Positions 36,126 through 46,399 of a stretch of 64,000 nucleotides of DNA are shown here, piece by piece (the first letter of the stretch is position 1; each line of letters opens with the position of its first letter). The notes under the pieces were generated by a model, which did not search any database, was not told the origin of the DNA, and worked only from the letters and a program-made list of their open reading frames with translations. Source of the DNA: Ranitomeya imitator (Eukaryota); the NCBI RefSeq assembly GCF_032444005.1, contig NC_091283.1, forward strand, positions 297,352,001-297,416,000, written 5' to 3'. A program made the position numbers and the translations under genes.

Positions 36126-39100
36126 CTAATTGTATGATACAATATTGTTCTGCTCCAGGAAGACATCCAGGCCTCTCTTGAACCCCTCGACTGAGTTCGC
36201 CATCACCACCTCCTCAGGCAAGCAATTCCAGATTCTCACTGCCCTAACAGTAAAGAATCCTCTTCTATGTTGGTGGAAAAACCTTCTCTCCTCCAGACGC
36301 AAAGAATGCCCCCTTGTGCCCGTCACCTTCCTTGGTATAAACAGATCCTCAGCGAGATATTTGTATTGTCCCCTTATATACTTATACATGGTTATTAGAT
36401 CGCCCCTCAGTCGTCTTTTTTCTAGACTAAATAATCCTAATTTCGCTAATCTATCTGGGTATTGTAGTTCTCCCATCCCCTTTATTAATTTTGTTGCCCT
36501 CCTTTGTACTCTCTCTAGTTCCATTATATCCTTCCTGAGCACCGGTGACCAAAACTGGACACAGTACTCCATGTGCGGTCTAACTAGGGATTTGTACAGA
36601 GGCAGTATAATGCTCTCATCATGTGTATCCAGACCTCTTTTAATGCACCCCATGATCCTGTTTGCCTTGGCAGCTGCTGCCTGGCACTGGCTGCTCCAGG
36701 TAAGTTTATCATTAACTAGGATCCCCAAGTCCTTCTCCCTGTCAGATTTACCCAGTGGTTTCCCATTCAGTGTGTAATGGTGATATTGATTCCTTCTTCC
36801 CATGTGTATAACCTTACATTTGTCATTGTTAAACCTCATCTGCCACCTTTCAGCCCAAGTTTCCAACTTATCCAGATCCATCTGTAGCAGAATACTATCT
36901 TCTCTTGTATTAACTGCTTTACATAGTTTTGTATCATCTGCAAATATCGATATTTTACTGTGTAAACCTTCTACCAGATCATTAATGAATATGTTGAAGA
37001 GAACAGGTCCCAATACTGACCCCTGCGGTACCCCACTGGTCACAGCGACCCAGTTAGAGACTATACCATTTATAACCACCCTCTGCTTTCTATCACTAAG
37101 CCAGTTACTAACCCATTTACACACATTTTCCCCCAGACCAAGCATTCTCATTTTGTGTACCAACCTCTTGTGCGGCACGGTATCAAACGCTTTGGAAAAA
37201 TCGAGATATACCACGTCCAATGACTCACCGTGGTCCAGCCTATAGCTTACATCTTCATAAAAACTGATTAGATTGGTTTGACAGGAGCGATTTCTCATAA
37301 ACCCATGCTGATATGGAGTTAAACAGTTATTCTCATTGAGATAATCCAGAATAACATCCCTCAGAAACCCTTCAAATATTTTACCAACAATAGAGGTTAG
37401 ACTTACTGGCCTATAATTTCCAGGTTCACTTTTAGAGCCCTTTTTGAATATTGGCACCACATTTGCTATGCGCCAGTCCTGCGGAACAGACCCTGTCGCA
37501 ATAGAGTCCCTAAAAATAAGAAATAATGGTTTATCTATTACATTACTTAGTTCTCTTAGTACTCGTGGGTGTATGCCATCCGGACCCGGAGATTTATCTA
37601 TTTTAATCTTATTTAGCCGGTTTCGCACCTCTTCTTGGGTTAGATTGGTGACCCTTAATATAGGGTTTTCATTGTTTCTTGGGATTTCACCTAGCATTTC
37701 ATTTTCCACCGTGAATACCGTGGAGAAGAAGGTGTTTAATATGTTAGCTTTTTCCTCGTCATCTACAACCATTCTTTCCTCACTATTTTTTAAGGGGCCT
37801 ACATTTTCAGTTTTTATTCTTTTACTATTGATATAGTTGAAGAACAGTTTGGGATTAGTTTTACTCTCCTTAGCAATGTGCTTCTCTGTTTCCTTTTTGG
37901 CAGCTTTAATTAGTTTTTTAGATAAAGTATTTTTCTCCCTATAGTTTTTTAGAGCTTCAATGGTGCCATCCTGCTTTAGTAGTGCAAATGCTTTCTTTTT
38001 ACTGTTAATTGCCTGTCTTACTTCTTTGTTTAGCCACATTGGGTTTTTTCTATTTCTAGTCCTTTTATTCCCACAAGGTATAAACCGCTTACACTGCCTA
38101 TTTAGGATGTTCTTAAACATTTCCCATTTATTATCTGTATTCTTATTTCTGAGGATATTGTCCCAGTCTACCAGATTAAGGGCATCTCTAAGCTGGTCAA
38201 ACTTTGCCTTCCTAAAGTTCAGTGTTTTTGTGACTCCCTGACAAGTCCCCCTAGCGAAAGACAGGAGAAATTGTACAATATTGTGGTCGCTATTTCCTAG
38301 ATGCCCGACCACCTGCAGATTTGTTATTCTGTCAGGTCTATTAGATAGTATTAGGTCTAAAAGTGCTGCTCCTCTGGTTGGATTCTGCACCAATTGTGAA
38401 AGATAATTTTTCTTGGTTATTAGCAGAAACCTGTTGCCTTTATGGGTTTCACAGGTTTCTGTTTCCCAGTTAATATCCGGGTAGTTAAAGTCCCCCATAA
38501 CCAGGACCTCATTATGGGTTGCAGCTTCATCTATCTGCTTTAGAAGTAGACTTTCCATGGTTTCTGTTATATTTGGGGGTTTGTAACAGACCCCAATGAG
38601 AATTTTGTTACCATTTTTCCCTCCATGAATTTCGACCCATATGGACTCGACATCCTCATTTCCTTCGCTAATATCCTCCCTTAAAGTGGACTTTAGACAA
38701 GACTTTACATAGAGACAAACCCCTCCTCCTCTCCGATTTTTACGATCCTTTCTAAACAGACTGTAACCCTGTAAGTTAACTGCCCAGTCATAGCTTTCAT
38801 CTAACCATGTCTCGGTTATTCCCACTATGTCAAAGTTACCTGTAGATATTTCTGCTTCTAGTTCTTCCATTTTGTTTGTCAGGCTTCTGGCGTTTGCGAG
38901 CATGCAGTTTAGAGGATTTTGTTTTGTTCCAATCTCCTCACTGTGGATTGTTTTAGAAATGTTCTTACCTCCCTTCTGAGTATGTTTTCCTGTATCTTCT
39001 TTGTTCAAGTCTAATGTTTTTCTTCCCGTCCCCTCTTCTTCTAGTTTAACGCCCTCCTGATGAGTGTAGCGAGTCTTCTGGCGAATGTGTGTTTCCCAGG

Positions 39101-39194
39101 TTTGTTGAGGTGTAGTCCGTCTCTGGCGAGGAGTCCATCGTACAAGTAATTCACACCGTGGTCCAGGAATCCGAATCCTTGTTGTCTGCACCAT
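36126..39194 (-). CDS. CR1 ORF2 endonuclease-reverse transcriptase, stop-free
   Basis: GITETW, GDFNYP, SDH, KSPGPDG, YRPVSLTS, LDFSKAFD, GVPQGSVLGP, FADD. The EN domain starts near Met 38903. Confidence 0.93.
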   Translation of the reverse strand: MVQTTRIRIPGPRCELLVRWTPRQRRTTPQQTWETHIRQKTRYTHQEGVKLEEEGTGRKTLDLNKEDTGKHTQKGGKNISKTIHSEEIGTKQNPLNCMLANARSLTNKMEELEAEISTGNFDIVGITETWLDESYDWAVNLQGYSLFRKDRKNRRGGGVCLYVKSCLKSTLREDISEGNEDVESIWVEIHGGKNGNKILIGVCYKPPNITETMESLLLKQIDEAATHNEVLVMGDFNYPDINWETETCETHKGNRFLLITKKNYLSQLVQNPTRGAALLDLILSNRPDRITNLQVVGHLGNSDHNIVQFLLSFARGTCQGVTKTLNFRKAKFDQLRDALNLVDWDNILRNKNTDNKWEMFKNILNRQCKRFIPCGNKRTRNRKNPMWLNKEVRQAINSKKKAFALLKQDGTIEALKNYREKNTLSKKLIKAAKKETEKHIAKESKTNPKLFFNYINSKRIKTENVGPLKNSEERMVVDDEEKANILNTFFSTVFTVENEMLGEIPRNNENPILRVTNLTQEEVRNRLNKIKIDKSPGPDGIHPRVLRELSNVIDKPLFLIFRDSIATGSVPQDWRIANVVPIFKKGSKSEPGNYRPVSLTSIVGKIFEGFLRDVILDYLNENNCLTPYQHGFMRNRSCQTNLISFYEDVSYRLDHGESLDVVYLDFSKAFDTVPHKRLVHKMRMLGLGENVCKWVSNWLSDRKQRVVINGIVSNWVAVTSGVPQGSVLGPVLFNIFINDLVEGLHSKISIFADDTKLCKAVNTREDSILLQMDLDKLETWAERWQMRFNNDKCKVIHMGRRNQYHHYTLNGKPLGKSDREKDLGILVNDKLTWSSQCQAAAAKANRIMGCIKRGLDTHDESIILPLYKSLVRPHMEYCVQFWSPVLRKDIMELERVQRRATKLIKGMGELQYPDRLAKLGLFSLEKRRLRGDLITMYKYIRGQYKYLAEDLFIPRKVTGTRGHSLRLEERRFFHQHRRGFFTVRAVRIWNCLPEEVVMANSVEGFKRGLDVFLEQNNIVSYN

Positions 39195-39328
39195 CGTCTT
39201 AGCCAGTTGTTTGCATCAAGGATCCTGTTCCATCTCCTGGTGCCATGCCCGTCTACTGGAAGGATAGAAGAAAAAACTACCTGTGCATCCAGTTCCTTTA
39301 CTTTCTTCCCCAACTCTTTCTTCCCCAA
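39041..39328 (-). pseudogene. CR1 ORF1 C-terminal SGNH/esterase-like fragment
   Basis: VVFSSILP...NNWLRRWCRQQGFGFLDH...DGLHL. Confidence 0.85.
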
Positions 39329-39788
39329 CTTTGATAAGTTCTATCGGAAATGGTACAAATGGGATCAACTTTTCACGCTTTGATCACTTATTCTCTTGCC
39401 TCTATAACCTTCTATAACCGATCGCTCTTTATCAAGGCCTTAAATATGTCTTATTATTGCACTTTTAGTTTCTGATTGTACATTACAGTTGTTGACCACA
39501 ATGTTGTTTTCCAAGGGCTGCGTCCCTTGCTTTATTCAGGCTAAACTGTTGCCAATTTGCAACTCTATGTTATTGTTATGTTTTGTTATGTCTACTTCCC
39601 TCGCCTTCCCAATATTCCCTTGGCCCATTTCATATTTCCCTCCCCCCCCTCCATTACTACTCGTCCTCCCCCTCTTTACCCTTGTCAAAACAAATAAAAA
39701 TATTGGAAAAGAAAAATGTGGTTTGGGAGGTAGATTTAAAGGTGACAAACTGACATTACCTTTTGACCACCACATACCAGAAAATTTT

Positions 39789-40275
39789 GGCTATGTGCAC
39801 ACGTTCAGGATTTTTAGTGTTTTTTTCACGTTTTTTTGGCCGTTTTCTGTGGAAAAAACGCTAACAAACGCTTACATATGCATCCCATCATATTTCATGC
39901 ATTCTGCATTTTTTTGTGCACATGCTGTGTATTTTTTCCGCATCCGGCGGAAGGTGAGAATATCACGATTTTTAACTTTTTCTTATTATTTTTAACATTA
40001 TATCTTTTACTATTGATGCTGCATAGGCAGCATCAATAGTAAAAAGTTGGTCAAACACTATGCTTGACAAGTGTGAGCAACCTATCAATCACTTTTCCAA
40101 GCGATGCTACAGATTGCTTGGAAAACGCTAGCATTCTGCAAGTTAATTACTCTTGTGAAACGCTAGTGTTTAGCGGGAAAGCGCATGCCAATTCCGCAAG
40201 CGGTTTTCCCACGGCAGGGAGTTGCGGAATTGCCGCTGAAATTTCCACGGCAATTCTGGACGTGTGCACTTAGCC
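39789..40275. mobile_element. PIF/Harbinger-type MITE
   Basis: GGCTATGTGCACACGT ... ACGTGTGCACTTAGCC termini. Confidence 0.75.
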
Positions 40276-40616
40276 TTAAAGTTAAACTTTTTTGCTTGAA
40301 ATGTTCTCATTTTACGTCCATTCTGCTTATTATGACTTTCAGATGTGACATATAGTCCTGAATTGGGTCGTAGTGAAACGCTTCGAAACTCAAGTCAACC
40401 TGCCTATATCATTTTGACGACATTCATCTTTTGTTCAGATCTTTCCTCATCCCTTGATTCAGCCTGTCTCATCCATTTCATTTCAAGCCAGGGCTCATAT
40501 TGTTCACGTGTCTCAGCTGTTTGAGAAGGTTAACATATTTAGCTTTTGCACTAACTTGGCCAATTGAAGGTCGTTTTTGGGGCAGCATTTTAAAAACCAG
40601 TTCTTAGTATTATGAC

Positions 40617-40818
40617 TAGTGATGAGCGAGTATACGCGTTGCTTGGGTTTTCCCGAGCACGCTCGGGTGGTCTCCGAATATTTGTGACTGCTCGGAGATT
40701 TAGTTTTTGTTGATTCAGCTGCATGATTTACAGTTGTTAGCCAACCTGAGTACATGTGGGGGTTGCTTGGTTGCTACTCAGTGACCACCCGAGCATGCTC
40801 GGAAAAACCCAAGCAACA
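40617..40818 (+). mobile_element. hAT MITE related to 12796-13001, right end truncated
   Basis: TAGTGATGAGCGAGTATACGCGTTGC start; internal CCGAGCACGCTCGG blocks. Confidence 0.7.
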
Positions 40819-41155
40819 TAATTAATTATGACCCTTAGTAATCACGTCACACTGATTAGATCTTATAGGTGAATCTATATATATAAAGCAGAAAATGTGT
40901 GACTGCCTCCCAGTCAGACTGTTGTAGTTGTGCACAGCAACCAATCAGAGCTCAGCTTTCACTTTACCTCAGCAGCTTCAATGCTGAAAGCTGCACTCTG
41001 GCTGCTATAGGTAACTAGAACGATCTTACTGTGAGGAAATTCTCATAAATGAGGCCCCAGTTACTTCTTCAACAGCCGCTACTTTAGTTACAGACGTTAC
41101 AGCAACTTTTCAGATTTCTCTACCATAGCGACTCTATGGTTGCTGTCCCCTTTAA

Positions 41156-41800
41156 TCCCTTTCTGCCATCTGACGTACTATCCTGTCTAGGTGACCTGTG
41201 ACTTAATGTCCAGGGATGGGATATTAGTCATAGGCGATCAGCCGCGCTCACGGGGGTAGCGCGGCCGGGTGTCAGCTGGTTATTACAGCTGACATCTGGC
41301 ACTATGTGCCAGGAGCAGTCACGGACCGCTCCCGGGACACATTAACCCCGGGAACACTGTGACCAAACATGATCGCAGTGTTTTGGTGGCATAGAGAAGC
41401 ATCGCGCGGGGAAGCGGCTCCCTGCGTGCTTTCCTGAGACCCTCGGAACAACGCGGTTGTTTCGAGCGTCTCCTCCGTCCTCCTCCCTGCAGGCCCCAGA
41501 TCCAAGATGGCCGTGGGTGTCCTTCTGGGTCCTGCAGGGAGGTGGCTTGCAAGCGCTAGGCCAACAAGCCTCCTGCACTGCCTGTCAGATTGCTGATCTG
41601 ACACAGTGCTTTGCAGAGTGTCAAATCAGCGATCTGACACTATACAGTGATGTCCCACCCTAGGGCAATGTAAAAAAGTAAAAAGAAAATATTAACATGT
41701 GTAAAAAAATAAATTAAAAAAATCCTAAATAAAGAAAAAAAAATATTGTTCCAATAAATACATTTCTTTATATAAATAAAAAAAACAATAAAAGTACACA
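41156..41800 (+). mobile_element. piggyBac-like non-autonomous element, left portion
   Basis: TTAA|TCCCTTTCTGCCATCTGACGTACTA start; shares internal blocks with 47852-49027; no right TIR seen. Confidence 0.5.
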
Positions 41801-42002
41801 TATGGCAAGAAAAACCCCATATACATACTTTAAGACCAGGGTGGTGACACAAGTTGTCCGCAACCCTCGATCAAATTATGTCAACTCCAATAAATATCAT
41901 TAAACAATAGGAGAAAAAGGAGCAAACTGATTACATCTAGTAAAATCAATCATTTCATTTTATTATTTCATTATATTGTAGAAATATATATATATATATA
42001 TA

Positions 42003-42180
42003 CTAGACTGTGGCCCGATTCTAACGCATCGGGTATTCTAGAATATGCATGTCCCTGTAATATATGGACAATGATGATTCCAGAATTCGCGGCAGACTGT
42101 GCCCGTCGCTGATTGGTCGAGGCAACCTTTATGACATCATCTTCGCCATGGCAACCATTATGGCGGCCTCGACCAATCAG
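42003..42180 (-). mobile_element. Non-autonomous Helitron 3' terminus running into the gap
   Basis: Minus strand CCCGAT-GCGTTAGA-ATCGGG hairpin, 7 nt, then CTAG|T. Confidence 0.7.
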
Positions 42181-42324
42181 NNNNNNNNNNNNNNNNNNNN
42201 NNNNNNNNNNNNNNNNNNNNNNNNNNNNNNNNNNNNNNNNNNNNNNNNNNNNNNNNNNNNNNNNNNNNNNNNNNNNNNNNNNNNNNNNNNNNNNNNNNNN
42301 NNNNNNNNNNNNNNNNNNNNNNNN
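42181..42324. other. Assembly gap (144 N)
   Basis: Run of N. Confidence 1.
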
Positions 42325-43199
42325 TGCCACAAACAATGCAGATCGCTAAATCTCCCACCCTCACCGTTCACCACACCACAAATGCATATCAACCCCTTAT
42401 ATAGCCATAAAGGTCCAGTGACCGTAAAAAGGAAGAGGAGTGATGCATTCTAGATAAGCATCCATAGGTCAGCATATGTAGATGAAATAACTGGGAAGAA
42501 AAACTCTTAATGTGTCTTAAATTTAAAGTGCGATAATAGGCAGAAAAGTGTGCAATGCTTACCAATAGATAGGTGGGGGCGAGAGGTGTCGGATAGAGGA
42601 TCCCAAAAGTACACATATTTAGTATCGCCGCATCCGTAACAACCTGACCTATAAAACTGTCCCACTAGTTAACCACCTCAGTGAACACCGTAAAAAAAAA
42701 AAAAGAGGCAAAAAAAACAATGCTTTATCATCATACCACCGAACAAATAGTCGAATAAGGCCTCTTTCACACTTCCGTTTTTTATAATCAGTCACAATTA
42801 CGTCAAAATGTTGAAAAGAGGGATCCTGTGCAGATTGCATTGGGTCTGTTTTTTTTAATGGATCCATCGAGGCTATGTGCACACGTTGTGTATGTGTCTT
42901 CGCCGCATTTTTTCGCTGTGAAAGCGCATACACAACACAACCTATGTTAAAAATAATTTAAAAAAAAATCATGATATTCTTACCTTCAGGCATCCCCCGC
43001 AGCCTTCCCGATGCTCCCGGCAGCTCCCGTTCCCAGTGACGTCTTGCGAGACAATGACCTCTGATGACGTAGCGGTCTCGCGTGTTGGGGTAAGGGTTGG
43101 GATTAGGGTTAGGGGCATGTTCAGGTTAGGGGTGTGGTTAGGTTTATGGTTAGGGTTGAGATTAGGGTTTGGGGTGTGCTGGGGTTATGGTTGGAGTTA

Positions 43200-45590
43200 G
43201 AATTGGGGGTTTCCAACGTTTAGGCACATCAGGGACTCTCTAAATGCGACATGGCGTCCGATCTCAATTCCAGCCAATTCTGCGTTGAAAAAGTAAAACA
43301 ATGCTCCTTCCCTTCCGAGCTCTCCCGTACGCCCAAACAGGGGTTTACCCCAAAATATGGGGCATCAGCGTAATCAGGACAAATTGGACAACTTTTGGGT
43401 TTTTTACTTTCAAGGCTCTGCGTTATAAACTGTAGTGAAACACTTGGGGGTTCAAACTTCTCACAACACACAGTTTCCAATATAGGATCACTTGTGGGGG
43501 GTTTCTACTGTTTAGGTACATCAGGAGCTCTGTAAACGCAACGTGATGCCCGCAGACCATTCCATCTAAGTCTGAATTCCAAACGGCGCTCCTTCCCTTC
43601 CGAGCTCTGCCATGCGCCCAAACGGTGGTTCCAACCCACATATGGGGTATCAATGTACTCAGGAAAAATTGGACAACAACTTTTTGGGTCCAATTTCTAC
43701 TGTTACCTTTGGGAAAATACAAAACTGAGGGCTAAAAAATCATTTTTGCGGAAAAAAATGTTTTTTTATTTTCACAGCTCTGCGTTATAAACTGTAGTGA
43801 AACACTTGGGGGTTCAAAGTTCTCACAAAACATCTACATAAGTTCCTTAGGGGGTCTACTTTCCAAAATGGGGTCACTTATTGGGGGTTTCAATGTTTAA
43901 GCATATCAGGGGCTCTCCAAACACGACATGGTGTCGTATTTCAATTCCAGTCAATTTTACATTGAAAAGTAAAACGGCGCTCCTTCCCTTACGAGCTCTG
44001 CCATGCGCCAAATAGTAGTTTACCCCACATATGGGGTATCAGCATACTCAGGATAAATTTCACAGCAACGTTTGGGGTCCAATTTCTTCTGATACCTTTG
44101 GGAAAATTAAAAATTGGGGCGAAAATATCATTTTTGTGAAAAAATATGATTTTTTATTTTTACGGCTCCACATTATAAACTTCTGTGAAGTCAAAGTGCT
44201 CACCACACATCTAGATAAGTTACTTAGGGGGTCTACTTTCCAAAATGGTGTCACTTGTGGAGGTTTCTACTGTTTAGGCACATCAGGGGCTCTCCAAACG
44301 CAACATGGCGTCCTATCTCAATTCCATCCAATTTTGCATTGGAAAGTCAAACGGCGCTCCTTCCCTTCCGAGCTCTGCCATGCGCCCAAACAGTGGTTCC
44401 CCCCCACATATGGGGTATCTGCATACTCAGGACAAATTGTACAACAACTTCTGGCGTCCAATTTCTCCTGTTACCTGTGGTAAAATAAAACAAATTTTTT
44501 AAAACAAATAAAACAAATTTTTGCCTTGGCAGCTGCCAAGGCAAACAGGATCATGGGGTGCATTAAAAGAGGTCTGGATACACATGATGAGAGCATTATA
44601 CTGCCTCTGTACAAATCCCTAGTTAGACCGCACATGGAGTACTGTGTCCAGTTTTGGGCACCGGTGCTCAGGAAGGATATAATGGAACTAGAGAGAGTAC
44701 AAAGGAGGGCAACAAAATTAATAAAGGGGATGGGAGAACTACAATACCCAGATAGATTAGCGAAATTAGGATTATTTAGTCTAGAAAAAAGACGACTGAG
44801 GGGCGATCTAATAACCATGTATAAGTATATAAGGGGACAATACAAATATCTCGCTGAGGATCTGTTTATACCAAGGAAGGTGACGGGCACAAGGGGGCAT
44901 TCTTTGCGTCTGGAGGAGAGAAGGTTTTTCCACCAACATAGAAGAGGATTCTTTACTGTTAGGGCAGTGAGAATCTGGAATTGCTTGCCTGAGGAGGTGG
45001 TGATGGCGAACTCAGTCGAGGGGTTCAAGAGAGGCCTGGATGTCTTCCTGGAGCAGAACAATATTGTATCATACAATTATTAGGTTCTGTAGAAGGACGT
45101 AGATCTGGGGATTTATTATGATGGAATATAGGCTGAACTGGATGGACAAATGTCTTTTTTCGGCCTTACTAACTATGTTACTATGTTACTATGTAAATTG
45201 GATCTAAAGTAAATTTTTTGTGAAAAAAAGTTAAACGTTGTTTTTTGTTTTTTTTTTAAACATTTTAAAAATTCCTGTGAACCAACTTCTTGAATGTGAT
45301 TTTGAGCACCTTGAAGGGGTGCAGTATTTAGAATGGTGTCACACTTGGGTATTTTCTATCATGTAGACCCCTCAAAGTGACTTCAAATGTGATGTCCCTA
45401 GAAAAATGGTGTTGTAAAAATGAGAAATTGCTGGTCAACTTTTAACACTTATAGCTCCCTAACAAAAAAAATTTGGTTGCAAAATTGTGCTGATGTAAAG
45501 TAGACATGTGGGAAATGTTACTTATTAAGTATTTTGTGTGACATATCTCAGTGATTTAATTGCATAAAAATTCAAAGTTGGAAAATTGCG
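43200..45590. repeat. ~380-bp tandem repeat region (related units also at ~11.6-12.5 kb)
   Basis: Marker GCTCCTTCCCTT at 43303, 43588, 43979 and 44356 (spacings 285, 391, 377); interrupted by a CR1 fragment. Confidence 0.75.
44521..45194 (+). mobile_element. CR1 3' fragment, near-identical to the copy at 36006-39330
   Basis: Encodes the last ~185 aa of the same ORF2 (FWAPV vs FWSPV); (CTATGTTA)n tail. Confidence 0.95.
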
Positions 45591-46399
45591 AAATTGGAGG
45601 AGCCACCGTATCACGAGAACCACAGAATCTGCCGCACCAGTCTGCAATAGGAGTCATATCATTGCCGGACCACCGAACACCCCCTGTGACCACCCTCCAC
45701 CAGCGATCCCCTGTGACCACCCTCCACCAGCGCTATTGATTTCCCACTGTAAGCTGAATTCAGACTGTATGATGGACCACCAATTGACACATTATTTTTT
45801 TTCCCTATTTTCCTTCTGAAAATTTGGGGTGCATCTTATGGTCCGGTGCGTCTTATAGTCCGAAAAATATATTTTTATTTTTTTATAACATTGTTTTTTT
45901 CTCTGACATCTACTAATAAAACCTATAAAGTTTAGGCCACACACAACAAATAGTTTGTTCCTCAGAGTCGGCAGCTGAATATTTTTATATTTTTGTCATA
46001 GACTCATCTTCCATATCGCTAATTCTTGTCTCATTTACAGACACTGGAATCGGCATTAACAATACTGCAGGAGATATTCATTACACGTGACAGGATAAAT
46101 AACTACTTCATGATGAGGACGACATCTTTATCTTCTACTACGGCTCTAGAAACGTATTTGTCCAGAGTCCGTCACTGACTCCATCACCACCGGCCGTCTA
46201 TATGAAGGTTTCCCGTCTTCCCCGCACTGTAATCTTCTATCACGTCAGATCTCATGTCTGATTCACACACATAAGTTTGAGGCTTTTATAAAAGCTTTTT
46301 TGTTTTCAAAAACACCACGGTCAGAAATTACCATATTATTTGGACTATAAGACACACCCTGGACCGTAAGACGCACCTAGGTTTTAAATTTTATATTTA

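Larger units (their letters stand above)
36006..39330 (-). mobile_element. CR1 LINE, 5'-truncated in ORF1, inserted antisense in the L1
   Basis: (GTAACATA)n tail at 36006-36040; intact ORF2; ORF1 esterase tail. Confidence 0.95.
31894..39383 (+). pseudogene. L1 ORF2p (APE endonuclease, RT, Cys-rich C-terminus), disrupted and interrupted
   Basis: IQET, GDFN, SRID, SDH; KSPGPDG, YRPISLLN, SLDAEKAFD, GTRQGCPLSP, FADD; CWRECGHVGDLLHIFWNCP. The last codons (FDKFYRKWYKWDQLFTL*) lie beyond the CR1 at 39330-39383. Confidence 0.9.

Noticed and set aside
36130-38241. Plus-strand ORFs of 93-215 aa (also 44471-45076)
   Set aside because: Antisense shadows of the CR1 ORF2.
41971-42453. ORFs spanning the N-run
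   Set aside because: Artifacts of the assembly gap.
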